From positions 1-24,786 of the IMG/VR virus record IMGVR_UViG_3300004770_000107: a stretch of 24,786 nucleotides of DNA. One strand, given 5' to 3'. This document shows, one piece after another, positions 1 to 8,490 of the stretch (its first letter is position 1; every line of letters starts with the position of its first letter). Under the pieces are notes generated by a model that was not told where the DNA came from, did not search any database, and saw only the letters and a list, made by a program, of their open reading frames with translations. This DNA comes from a virus. Lineage: Duplodnaviria; Caudoviricetes. A program made the translations under genes and the position numbers.

Positions 1-60
1 ACAAATGATGTGCGTAGCAAAGTGGGTGACTTGATCAAATCCTTGCGATCAATGTTCTAA
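1..60 (+). CDS. Probable 3' end of a convergent gene (...TNDVRSKVGDLIKSLRSMF*)
   Basis: Frame 1 is open from base 1 to TAA at 58-60, immediately before a bidirectional terminator; too short to identify. Confidence 0.35.
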   Translation, partial: TNDVRSKVGDLIKSLRSMF

Positions 61-63
61 AAT

Positions 64-88
64 AAAAGGGGCTATAAGCCCCTTTTTT
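64..88. terminator. Bidirectional intrinsic terminator
   Basis: AAAAGGGGCT-ATA-AGCCCCTTTT(TT) inverted repeat with T-tracts on both strands, lying between the endolysin stop (87-89) and a convergent stop (58-60). Confidence 0.8.
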
Positions 89-683
89 ATGCCAGCACTT
101 GTAGTGCGTGTTCGGCGTGATTACGCCGTTCCTCTAAACCAATAGTTCCACCATTGATGATCTTGGTGCATTTGATGAAGTCCCAGGCTTCGGCCGAGGC
201 GTTCAACTTGTGCGTATCCCAGAACCAGCCAGCAGTCAGTGCAGCATATTCTGGAGTGGCAACAAGCTCTGGGTGCATCACAAAGTCAACGCCAAGGGCT
301 TGTCCGGCGTGATAATAATTTGAGTGTCCGGTAAGCTGAACACACCCCCTGCCTCTAAATCTATACCCATCTCCAGAAGCCTCCTCGCGGTTCCCCATTC
401 GATTCGCGTATACCATGTTGGCAATTTTTTTGGGGTTTCCTGCATACTGGTTAGCAATCTCTTGAGTCGGGAAGCGTTTGGGCCACAACCGCATCAACGT
501 TGCCGCTTTGTAGTTTAGGTTCTCTTCTAGGATTTTGAAATTGGCACATTCATGGCCGCACTGACCAAGGAACATGGCCTGTTTCTTAGGCGTGTCGATG
601 TGGAACCGCTCGAAGGTCTTGTTCAGCCCATCAACCCAGTCGGCGCTGATGCCAAGTTTGTGGAGTTGATCACTGTTTAACAT
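87..683 (-). CDS. Endolysin, glycoside hydrolase family 19 (chitinase-like muramidase)
   Basis: GH19 motifs FLGQCGHEC, ENLNY, YANRMGN, GDGYRFRGRGCVQLTG, INGGTIGL; last gene of the lysis cassette. Confidence 0.92.
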   Translation of the reverse strand: MLNSDQLHKLGISADWVDGLNKTFERFHIDTPKKQAMFLGQCGHECANFKILEENLNYKAATLMRLWPKRFPTQEIANQYAGNPKKIANMVYANRMGNREEASGDGYRFRGRGCVQLTGHSNYYHAGQALGVDFVMHPELVATPEYAALTAGWFWDTHKLNASAEAWDFIKCTKIINGGTIGLEERRNHAEHALQVLA

Positions 684-1251
684 TGACCTTGTCCTTTACT
701 GCGTTGTAGGTGTCGATGCAGGCGTTGAGGCGGGTGATGGCGAGGTCGCCGTCGGCTGCGATGGCTGCAATATCTTTAAGAGCCTGTCGCTCAGATTCGG
801 CTCCATCTTTTGGATTTCCTCCGGCAGCTCCGGCATCTGAACTGGCTTGTAAACCACAGGAATTTGGGATGTGCAACTCGCCAGAGTCAATGCGCTGAAC
901 AATACTAATCTGTTTTTGCTTAATAGCATTGGATGCCTTTCTAAGTGCTGCTGTCTTGTCTTTTAACGTCTGGGCAAGTTCTTCTTCTTTAGCCCTTGCT
1001 TCAGCGTTCAATCGTTCGATTTCTGCTTTGTCTTCGGCGACTCTTCGCTCATAACCTTTATGGTCGGCCACATAGTAACCCCCACCTAAAGCTAAAACCA
1101 CACCGCCAATTTGCATCAATAAAGCGTAAGTTGCAATCATAGGCAGCAGCTTCACAAAGTAGCTGACGCCATACATTGCAACACCGGCGATCATGGCCGC
1201 ACAGGCAATGACGTAAAACAGATCACTGAAGAAAGTTAAAAACCAAGTCAT
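670..1251 (-). CDS. Rz-like inner-membrane spanin
   Basis: Hydrophobic N-terminus (about 2 TM segments), then a helical/coiled-coil region, a C-terminal ITRLNACIDTY segment typical of Rz-like proteins, and an embedded lipoprotein gene. Confidence 0.78.
   Translation of the reverse strand: MTWFLTFFSDLFYVIACAAMIAGVAMYGVSYFVKLLPMIATYALLMQIGGVVLALGGGYYVADHKGYERRVAEDKAEIERLNAEARAKEEELAQTLKDKTAALRKASNAIKQKQISIVQRIDSGELHIPNSCGLQASSDAGAAGGNPKDGAESERQALKDIAAIAADGDLAITRLNACIDTYNAVKDKVNVKQ
696..929 (-). CDS. Rz1-like outer-membrane lipoprotein spanin, embedded in the +1 frame of Rz
   Basis: Signal peptide with lipobox LAS-C (MLLSKNRLVLFSALTLASC), Pro-rich mature part, AAGG RBS upstream of ATG 929, fully nested in Rz. 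Confidence 0.8.
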   Translation of the reverse strand: MLLSKNRLVLFSALTLASCTSQIPVVYKPVQMPELPEEIQKMEPNLSDRLLKILQPSQPTATSPSPASTPASTPTTQ

Positions 1252-1763
1252 TCTTCTTCCTTCGCAGCAGCACGTTCAGCAGCAATTTCTTCCCGCTCCG
1301 GATGTAAATGATCCGGCGGTGTCGTGGGCGGTGGTGGAGGACGCCACGATTCATCCAACTCAGGATTCACAAACGTGGGCATGGCTCCAAAGGCTTGGCT
1401 TTGTTGCTGTGGATAAATACCAATAGGCTGCTGCATGGGCTGACCGTAGCAAGGTGCTGGCGTATTGGTTGCAGCTTTAACACCAGCCAAAGTACCAGCA
1501 ACCCCACCAGCGACCCGCTTACCAACGATGCCACCGATACCACCTACCAATAGCAAAACAATGTCGTTCAGCATCTTGGTGTAAGCCTGATCGATTGGAG
1601 CCATAGCCTTGATAGGCTGGACAACAAACGTGACCGAATACAGCAAGCAAATAACGATAAAGAACAGAATACCCGTGATGGCAAGCACCACAATAGCCCA
1701 GATACGAACTTCGATTTCTTCAGCGGTTAGTTTGTGTTCTGGGTTGTTGCTGAGTAGATTCAA
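1248..1763 (-). CDS. Two-TM membrane protein with Pro/Gln-rich and acidic tail (holin/antiholin candidate)
   Basis: TM1 IWAIVVLAITGILFFIVICLLYSV and TM2 IVLLLVGGIGGIVG. Start moved from TTG 1787 to TTG 1763 because GGAG lies 7 nt upstream of it. Confidence 0.6.
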   Translation of the reverse strand: MNLLSNNPEHKLTAEEIEVRIWAIVVLAITGILFFIVICLLYSVTFVVQPIKAMAPIDQAYTKMLNDIVLLLVGGIGGIVGKRVAGGVAGTLAGVKAATNTPAPCYGQPMQQPIGIYPQQQSQAFGAMPTFVNPELDESWRPPPPPTTPPDHLHPEREEIAAERAAAKEEE

Positions 1764-1938
1764 CTTGTTTCTCCAAAACAGGGGCAACTAAGTAGTCAGG
1801 GCAGGTTTGCGTAAACAAGCACCTTGGGCGCTGACATTCAGGGTCTTGAAAGTGGTCAAAATCTTGGCAGGTATAACGATACCTATCAGAGCAGCCACTA
1901 AGAACGATGATGCACAGAATGGCTATTCTTTTTAGCAT
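1720..1938 (-). CDS. Small Cys-rich lipoprotein (72 aa)
   Basis: Starting at ATG 1938 gives MLKRIAILCIIVLSG-C (lipobox), then SDRYRYTCQD...ECQRPRC...TCP with four more Cys; overlaps both neighbouring genes. Confidence 0.72.
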   Translation of the reverse strand: MLKRIAILCIIVLSGCSDRYRYTCQDFDHFQDPECQRPRCLFTQTCPDYLVAPVLEKQVESTQQQPRTQTNR

Positions 1939-2413
1939 AATCAACAGATTCTTGAACAAACAGATAGCCAACGTAGCCAAGAACAACCACTAAGACTGCA
2001 ATTAAAGCAATAACAAAAAACTCTTCTTGCTCTTTTTTCTTGGCCTTGGCTCGGTCTTCTGCGGCCTTTGCAGCAAACTTATCGGCTGCATCCATTTTTC
2101 CGGCACGCTCAATAATCTTGTTCCAGACATCAACCTTGCCGACCTTCATGAATTCAAGCTGGTAGTGAGCTTTGATTTCCCGAACCTTATCCAGCTCCAG
2201 CTCAATCTGCATGGCAATCTGCATATTGGATGCGTTGCCCGATGACTTGGCTTCAGCAACCGCTTTTTCAGCATTGGATGCTGACGAAAAAAGACTGCCT
2301 AGTGCTGGCCCTAAAGATTGAACGTCTTGAGCCGTCTTGGCTGCGTGTTTAACAAGCGATACCGCTTTTTGAATTCCCGTTAGGGCTAAACCAATGCTGA
2401 CCGGATCAATCAT
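1898..2413 (-). CDS. Helical protein with a C-terminal membrane anchor, function unknown
   Basis: 171 aa, amphipathic/coiled-coil body with TM FFVIALIAVLVVVLGYVGYLFV near the C-terminus; GGAG RBS. Confidence 0.75.
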   Translation of the reverse strand: MIDPVSIGLALTGIQKAVSLVKHAAKTAQDVQSLGPALGSLFSSASNAEKAVAEAKSSGNASNMQIAMQIELELDKVREIKAHYQLEFMKVGKVDVWNKIIERAGKMDAADKFAAKAAEDRAKAKKKEQEEFFVIALIAVLVVVLGYVGYLFVQESVDYAKKNSHSVHHRS

Positions 2414-2414
2414 T

Positions 2415-2630
2415 TCAAACTCCCATCAGGTGTTTAAACAATTGTTCCAGATATTTGGGACCGAACAATGACACCGCAATCAAAAGATAAAGGATGTATT
2501 CAATCCTTTGCATCCTCTTGGAACCATCATCAAAACGCTCTTGAATGGCTTGGTATCGAGCAGCACAAATCGCCTCATGCGTGTTCAACCGCGCATCAGT
2601 CGCAAGCACTTGCTTCTCCACAGCATCCAT
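2415..2630 (-). CDS. Small coiled-coil plus TM protein (XhlA-like/holin candidate)
   Basis: 71 aa; N-terminal coiled coil (RLNTHEAICAARYQAIQERF) then hydrophobic ILYLLIAVSLFG; first gene of the lysis-type cluster. Confidence 0.6.
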   Translation of the reverse strand: MDAVEKQVLATDARLNTHEAICAARYQAIQERFDDGSKRMQRIEYILYLLIAVSLFGPKYLEQLFKHLMGV

Positions 2631-2975
2631 TTATGCACCTAGGTAAGTAACCACAGGGGAACCAGTGGGGGCAACAATGTAGATGAGGTTGGTGTTAGAA
2701 ATGGGCAGATTAACCGATTGACCTGCACCCAGTGCAAAGCCAGTAGAAGATGTCACGCCAGCAGTGCCCACATACAAAACAGCAGCATTGGTGCTAGGTG
2801 CAGACAAAGTCACGCTAGAACTCAAAGCGTGATTAGCCAAAGCGGTTGCTGTCGTGGTGGCCGTTTGCTGACCAGTAACAATTGAAGTTACCGCTGCATT
2901 GCTGGCAACATAAACAGGGATAGCCGCAGCAGGATTGGTAACGTAATTGGGTGGGTTATTGCCAGAAGTCGCCAT
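2631..2975 (-). CDS. Hypothetical small beta-rich protein, possibly virion-associated
   Basis: 114 aa, rich in T/A/S/G with almost no charged residues; AAGGA RBS. Confidence 0.7.
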   Translation of the reverse strand: MATSGNNPPNYVTNPAAAIPVYVASNAAVTSIVTGQQTATTTATALANHALSSSVTLSAPSTNAAVLYVGTAGVTSSTGFALGAGQSVNLPISNTNLIYIVAPTGSPVVTYLGA

Positions 2976-2996
2976 AGCTATCCTTAAGATAGAAAG

Positions 2997-4571
2997 TTAA
3001 TCTACAGCGAGTTTACCCTCATCTTGATTTGCTGCCAAGTAATGATCCAGATTGGTTTTTAACCTTAAATCATACGGCTCCAAATCAACCGCCAATTGCC
3101 CTTGCTCAATAGCTGTTTCTACATCACCCAAATTCCAAGCAGCTATTGCCAAAAGATCATGGGGTTTACCGCCCCATACCGCTGGATCGCAGGTATAGAC
3201 CAAAGCCTTGTCTTTGATATTCAAAGCCTGTTTGGCCGCATACCGGCAACTCTCCCAGTCTTTACGCATATAACAAGCCATTGCCAAATCAACCCATACC
3301 TCACGGGTATTGGGAGACTCTGCAACAGCTCTGCGATACCAAGCCATCGCCTCATCATATTGATTTAAATTGTCATAGGCTTGGCCGAGTAAACGCATGG
3401 CATAACCACGTTCATTGACCCAAGTCGCCTCAGGCATATTGAGGTAATACTTCAGGCGGTCAACAGCCTCTTCCCACAATTGGTAGAACGTCAGTTCACG
3501 GGCAAAGTAAAAAGCATTCCTTGGGCAATGTGGGTCTTCTTCTACGGCCATGCGTAGGAGAGGCAAGTATTGCCCTCTGGACTTGGTAGGGTCAGGGTAA
3601 TGGCTGACCAATAACTTGTCGGTATGAGCGTAGACTTCTTGTATGCGCTTGTCCGGTACAGGATACTCATGGACAGGGTGATGCCAATGATAGCCATGAC
3701 GGGCAAAGATTTTTTCGTAATAGAACCTGATGCCAGCACCCCAGTCAAACTGATAGCGCAGACGAGTTGTACCTTCAACCCAGACACGTTCTATTTCTTC
3801 TCGCCAACCTGGCTCCATGACTTCATCTAGGTCCAGAGCAATAACAACATCAATGTCTTTGGGGAGGAGTGCAATAGCGGCATTTCTCGCATGGTCAAAG
3901 CGCCAAGGGGAAATGCAGATGTGATGGACGGTTGCACCGCATTCTTCAGCAACATTAACGGTGTCGTCTGTGGAACCAGTATCAGCAATTTGAATCAGGT
4001 CAGCGTCTTTTGCAGATTCGCAAAAACGCTGAACAAATTGTGATTCGTTTTTGCTGATGGCCGAGATGGCAATCTTTAGTTTGCGGTACACATAAACCCC
4101 GATTTCTTGATCAATCTGGTACTCTGTGGGCTTGCCAAACAGTTCAATAACTTGTTCGTGTGAATAGTTATCCACTATGTGCTTTTCATAAGGATTGTTG
4201 TCGTATTCATCTTGGGGATAGTAGCCCAAGGGAATGCTGACAATGACTGTTCGGCATGATGACTTGAGATTTGTTAGCAGTGCTTTGGCATCATCAGATG
4301 TCATGTGTTCCAGCACATCGCCAACAAAAGCCATATCAAAATTTGTATAGTCAATTGTCCTGGCATCGGCGCAAATGACTTCATCGTATAGATCATGAAG
4401 CCCATACTTTTCAATATAGGGTTGCCAAATTTCTACGGCGGTCCAGTGACTTGATAGTTCGGGGAGAAGTTTTTTGTATGTGCCACTACCAGCACCAATG
4501 TCTACAATTCTTTTCCCTGCCAGACGCAAAGACTTAATGTAGTCTTTGCCCGATGCCGAGCTGAACGGCAT
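2997..4571 (-). CDS. Fusion of class I SAM methyltransferase, GT2 glycosyltransferase and TPR domain
   Basis: aa ~1-163: IVDIGAGSG SAM motif, GDVLEH. aa ~164-325: KIAISAISKNE, ADTGSTDDT, FDHARNAA, DxD-type DLDE, HHPVHE. C-terminus: TPR-like helices (LLGQAYDNLNQYDEAMAWYRRAV). Confidence 0.9.
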   Translation of the reverse strand: MPFSSASGKDYIKSLRLAGKRIVDIGAGSGTYKKLLPELSSHWTAVEIWQPYIEKYGLHDLYDEVICADARTIDYTNFDMAFVGDVLEHMTSDDAKALLTNLKSSCRTVIVSIPLGYYPQDEYDNNPYEKHIVDNYSHEQVIELFGKPTEYQIDQEIGVYVYRKLKIAISAISKNESQFVQRFCESAKDADLIQIADTGSTDDTVNVAEECGATVHHICISPWRFDHARNAAIALLPKDIDVVIALDLDEVMEPGWREEIERVWVEGTTRLRYQFDWGAGIRFYYEKIFARHGYHWHHPVHEYPVPDKRIQEVYAHTDKLLVSHYPDPTKSRGQYLPLLRMAVEEDPHCPRNAFYFARELTFYQLWEEAVDRLKYYLNMPEATWVNERGYAMRLLGQAYDNLNQYDEAMAWYRRAVAESPNTREVWVDLAMACYMRKDWESCRYAAKQALNIKDKALVYTCDPAVWGGKPHDLLAIAAWNLGDVETAIEQGQLAVDLEPYDLRLKTNLDHYLAANQDEGKLAVD

Positions 4572-4573
4572 AT

Positions 4574-4741
4574 TTATGCTTGGGGTTCAGCAGGAACTTC
4601 AACAGGAACTTGCTCATTGGCAAGTTTAATCAAGTCAGTGACCAAACCATAAACTTCTTTGACAGGACGTTCTGCCAAGTAGTTCATGATCATGTCAAAA
4701 GTTGTTTTGGGAACATTAATCGAAGTTGGTGCATCAGCCAT
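4574..4741 (-). CDS. Small helical hypothetical protein (fibre-associated)
   Basis: AGGA RBS upstream of ATG 4741/4744 favours this start over TTG 4783; IMNYLAERPVKEVYGLV helix. Confidence 0.65.
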   Translation of the reverse strand: MADAPTSINVPKTTFDMIMNYLAERPVKEVYGLVTDLIKLANEQVPVEVPAEPQA

Positions 4742-4785
4742 CATCAATCCTAAAGAGTTAAAGGGAAATAAATTATTGCACAATT

Positions 4786-5235
4786 TTAGGTGGGTTCAGT
4801 AGGCCATGTGATTGTCCAAGGAAAGCCAGCTTCTTTAGGCAAGTCACGCAAGGCTTGACGATATGTTGCCCATGCTGCTTTATCTACTGGCGCATCAGCA
4901 ACTTGTGTCCAATCGCATTTAGACAGCTTATCGTCACGTTGTTGGCGTACCGATGTTGCTTGGGCTGCGTCAGTTGCTGCTTTGGCGTCAGCGTCCATGT
5001 CGGTCACGACAAACGATGTGTACCATTGACCGTTTTCTTCAACAGCAGGGCCAGCACTAGCGACTTGGTAGTGTGTCAGCGTAGGACTAGGCCCATCAAA
5101 CACCACATCGGCTTGCAGTTTGTTAAGAATTTCAGTCGTGGTTTGACCCCATGTAGGGCCACCGTTGGAAGCAATGTGTTGACGAAAAGCCTCCTCAAAC
5201 ATTACTTGTCCATTTGAGCGTAGTCGAATTTGCAT
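4786..5235 (-). CDS. Phage tail fibre assembly chaperone-like protein
   Basis: C-terminal motif RQQRDDKLSKCDWTQVAD...WATYRQALRDLP...WP is characteristic of phage tail (fibre) assembly chaperones. Confidence 0.8.
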   Translation of the reverse strand: MQIRLRSNGQVMFEEAFRQHIASNGGPTWGQTTTEILNKLQADVVFDGPSPTLTHYQVASAGPAVEENGQWYTSFVVTDMDADAKAATDAAQATSVRQQRDDKLSKCDWTQVADAPVDKAAWATYRQALRDLPKEAGFPWTITWPTEPT

Positions 5236-5244
5236 GATTTGTCC

Positions 5245-8200
5245 TTATGCGATTGCTAAGAAAATATAACTTGCTGATGAAATGTTTGTAGTTGTTGAAG
5301 CGGTTGACCCCAATGTAAATCCACCGCTAGATGCGTATGTTCCATTGTTGCCTGTGGTTTGTGCGCCACCGGCATTCCATTTTGTGTAAGGGCTAGAAGT
5401 TGATGTAAGCCCATTTGCACTATCAAAACAATACCAATCACCCGTTGAATCTGTGCGCTTAATAAGAATGAATCTTGCCCCATTTGCACCAAACCCGCAA
5501 GCTATTGATTGCCCTGTTCCGTTTCCTGTATAGGAACCAACTTTAGATACACCTGAAAGACTAGCAAATAAATATAAAACTTGTGTTTGTGAAAAAGCAT
5601 TTAAATAAGCTGAATTACCTAAAGTAACAATTGTGCTTGTTGGATTGGTGCTATTTAATAAATTTGTGTCACTTGCAACTGCCGCATTAATATTCAAAAC
5701 TAATCTGTTGGCATTACCTGTTGGCGCAGAATAGACACCCCATCCAGCATTTCCACCACGCCTTTTACCAATCATTAGTTCAGGAACAGCATTCAAATTG
5801 TGATTAATTGTAGTAACGCTTCCTGTTCCAATGTAACAAACAATATCAAAAAATCCAGGTGCTCTAGCAAAATTCCAATAAGTTACATTGTCATTAATGC
5901 CAAAGTTTGAACCCATAAAATTATCAAAAATTCCAGCGTTTATATCAAATCCTATTGCATATGTTGATTGTGAAGTTTCCGCTGATGCGCTATTAGTTAA
6001 TAGATAAACACCTTTTGCACTTGATGACCCTCTTAATCTATCCCAATCAAAAATATTTCCTGTTTTTGCAGCATTATTTTCATTTTGTATTAATAAATCT
6101 TCTGTAAAACCGGTAGTGATTGCGGCAGAACTGCCATATAAAAAATCCACAACAGGAGTAAAAACACTATTTCCGGATGTAGGTATGGCCATTGGGCCTC
6201 TGCGTATGGCTATATACATATATGTATCGCCAGAATTATTGTAATTTTGGTCAGTTGAACTTACTTTAAAACCTGTTGCACTTGGAATAATTAAAGGCGC
6301 GCCTAAAACGGCTTCAGCACCAGTAGTATTGGGATTTAAAACTGCATCATTTGTTTGAGACATTTGTCGCATAACATCACTAATAGCCCATGCTCCAGTT
6401 CGTGATGCTGCTTTTGTCAAAACCCATTGAGGCTCAAATCCTAAAGTTATAGATGGCCCACTTGTGCTTCCATTACCCGTGTAATATCCACATTTAATAA
6501 TATCTTGAGTTCCAGACAATCCAAAACCGCCTGTACCGCCATTACCAAACAAATAAGCAATGTATGTTTGACCAGACGCATTTACGTTTGTATCTGTACC
6601 AACAGTAAATTGGGTTGATGTAGGGTCTGTTGCCCCCCAAACTCCGGGGTATCCTGTGCTTGTTGCTGCGGCAGTAAGATTTAAACCCAAATAATAACTA
6701 TTACCACCCCATCCAGAACCGTTATCAGCAAAATAAATAATCCAAGTTCCTGTGCTACTTGTTTTTTTGATAATCATGCACCCCGGTGTTGAGCCAAGAT
6801 TATGTGCAATGTTTTGAACAGAACCTGTACCCGTATACGTCACAATATCAAAAAAATTAGGTGCTTTACGGAATGTCCATGAAGCATAATTATCAGAACC
6901 ATTAACAAGATTAGTAGTATCAGTACCTAAATTAAAACCATCCGCAGTAAATGATGTTAATGTTGCTGCATCCGTAGTTTGCCCAACTGTTGAATTAGTA
7001 ACTAAATACTTAGTTGCACCACGAACAGTATCAAAAACAACATTTGAATTAGTTGCACTTCTATCTTTAATCCAAACCATTCCACCAGTTGTTGAAACAG
7101 CAGGTTGGTTATAGATACTATAAAGTGCCGTGCCACTTGAGGTTGTTGCCGTGCTTGCCGCATCTGTTCCACTTCCTGCGGAATCCGTTGCACTTGATGA
7201 AGAATCAGTTCCAGATGTTGATGATGAAGCAATAGTATTATTTGAAGATAAAACTAATGAATATCCACCATTAGAAATTGAACCATCTTGTTTTATGATT
7301 GCAGTTACAGCAATATCATTTAATCCAATACCACCAGTGCCATTTACATAAAGATTTCCAGATGTGTCAGTAGACAAAAATTGCACGCTTACATTAGATT
7401 CAAATGTATATGCGTTTAAAGCCCAAGATATAACACCAGAAGAATTGGTTTTTAATATAAATTTTCCACCGTTTGATTGTGCGCCTGTTATATAAATATT
7501 ATTTGATGAATCTAAACACAAATTTCCATATGGGCCTGTATTACTTAAAATATATTGCCATTGCAATGTTCCCGATGAATTGTATTGAAGATAAACAACA
7601 TTATTAGAACTACCTCCAAATGTTGCAATATATACATTAGAAGAACTATCTAATACCAATCCTGTTGCTCTAGACGCGTTTACATTTGTATACTTTCTTG
7701 CCCATTGCAATGAACCTGAAGAATTATATTTAACGGTTAAAGTATAGTTATTCCCTGAATTAACTGCACCACCAGTAACATAAACATTATTACTTGAATC
7801 AACGGCTATTCCGTTGAATTGTGCATTTCCTTCTTCAACTATTTTTCGTTGCCATTGCAATGACCCACTACTGTTATATTTTGCAATTATTCCGTAATAA
7901 TTTGTTCCATCGTAACCTTGTCCTGCAACATACAAATTATTTGATGAATCAATTGCAATATTATTGTATGTACATCCTGAAGAATATGTTAATTTTCTTT
8001 GCCATTGAATAGTGCCACTACTATTATATTTTGCAATAATTCCAAAGTTATTAGTTCCATCACTTGCATAACCGGCAACATAAGAATTACCGGAAGAATC
8101 TAAGCAAATTCCCGAAAAAATACCAACTGTGCTAGATATTAAAAAATTTTGCCATTGCAAAACGTTTGAAGAATTAAATTTTGCTATAAAAGCATAAAAA

Positions 8201-8481
8201 TTACTGGAATCAGGAGATGTTTGTCCGCAAACATAAATATTTCCACTACTATCAGTTGTAGAAAAATATGTTTGCCCATAAGGAAAATTGATGCCGTATT
8301 GAATAGTATTCCATGTTGAAGTTGATGCCAATGGAATTCCGTTTGGTATTGCTTGATTTGAACCAGTTCCGCTATACAAATAAGTGCTAAAAACATTTTC
8401 TACATACAAAGGTGCTGGCGCAGATGCACCACCACCATAGGCATCTTGCGTTACATTACCTGAAGTTTGCTGAAGTGGCAT
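5245..8481 (-). CDS. Large virion adhesin/receptor-binding protein: 7-blade beta-propeller inserted in YTGxG-repeat domains
   Basis: Seven DSSxNxYV/I blades (SBBP-like), an S/T-rich linker, and repeated F(D)IVxYTGTG...HNLG...W.IK units; markedly AT-rich. Confidence 0.75.
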   Translation of the reverse strand: MPLQQTSGNVTQDAYGGGASAPAPLYVENVFSTYLYSGTGSNQAIPNGIPLASTSTWNTIQYGINFPYGQTYFSTTDSSGNIYVCGQTSPDSSNFYAFIAKFNSSNVLQWQNFLISSTVGIFSGICLDSSGNSYVAGYASDGTNNFGIIAKYNSSGTIQWQRKLTYSSGCTYNNIAIDSSNNLYVAGQGYDGTNYYGIIAKYNSSGSLQWQRKIVEEGNAQFNGIAVDSSNNVYVTGGAVNSGNNYTLTVKYNSSGSLQWARKYTNVNASRATGLVLDSSSNVYIATFGGSSNNVVYLQYNSSGTLQWQYILSNTGPYGNLCLDSSNNIYITGAQSNGGKFILKTNSSGVISWALNAYTFESNVSVQFLSTDTSGNLYVNGTGGIGLNDIAVTAIIKQDGSISNGGYSLVLSSNNTIASSSTSGTDSSSSATDSAGSGTDAASTATTSSGTALYSIYNQPAVSTTGGMVWIKDRSATNSNVVFDTVRGATKYLVTNSTVGQTTDAATLTSFTADGFNLGTDTTNLVNGSDNYASWTFRKAPNFFDIVTYTGTGSVQNIAHNLGSTPGCMIIKKTSSTGTWIIYFADNGSGWGGNSYYLGLNLTAAATSTGYPGVWGATDPTSTQFTVGTDTNVNASGQTYIAYLFGNGGTGGFGLSGTQDIIKCGYYTGNGSTSGPSITLGFEPQWVLTKAASRTGAWAISDVMRQMSQTNDAVLNPNTTGAEAVLGAPLIIPSATGFKVSSTDQNYNNSGDTYMYIAIRRGPMAIPTSGNSVFTPVVDFLYGSSAAITTGFTEDLLIQNENNAAKTGNIFDWDRLRGSSSAKGVYLLTNSASAETSQSTYAIGFDINAGIFDNFMGSNFGINDNVTYWNFARAPGFFDIVCYIGTGSVTTINHNLNAVPELMIGKRRGGNAGWGVYSAPTGNANRLVLNINAAVASDTNLLNSTNPTSTIVTLGNSAYLNAFSQTQVLYLFASLSGVSKVGSYTGNGTGQSIACGFGANGARFILIKRTDSTGDWYCFDSANGLTSTSSPYTKWNAGGAQTTGNNGTYASSGGFTLGSTASTTTNISSASYIFLAIA

Positions 8482-8490
8482 TGCTAATCC

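Noticed and set aside
1939-1986. N-terminal extension of the 88-aa ORF as given in the track
   Set aside because: ATG 1938 yields a canonical lipoprotein signal peptide; the extension only lengthens the overlap with the upstream gene's TM-coding region.
2997-4571. DNA-modifying (anti-restriction) or Gtr-type serotype-conversion role for the MTase-GT fusion
   Set aside because: Not favoured, though not excluded: no DPPY/NPPY or PC catalytic motif of DNA methyltransferases was seen, there is no TM segment or flippase partner, and the gene sits among late fibre genes.
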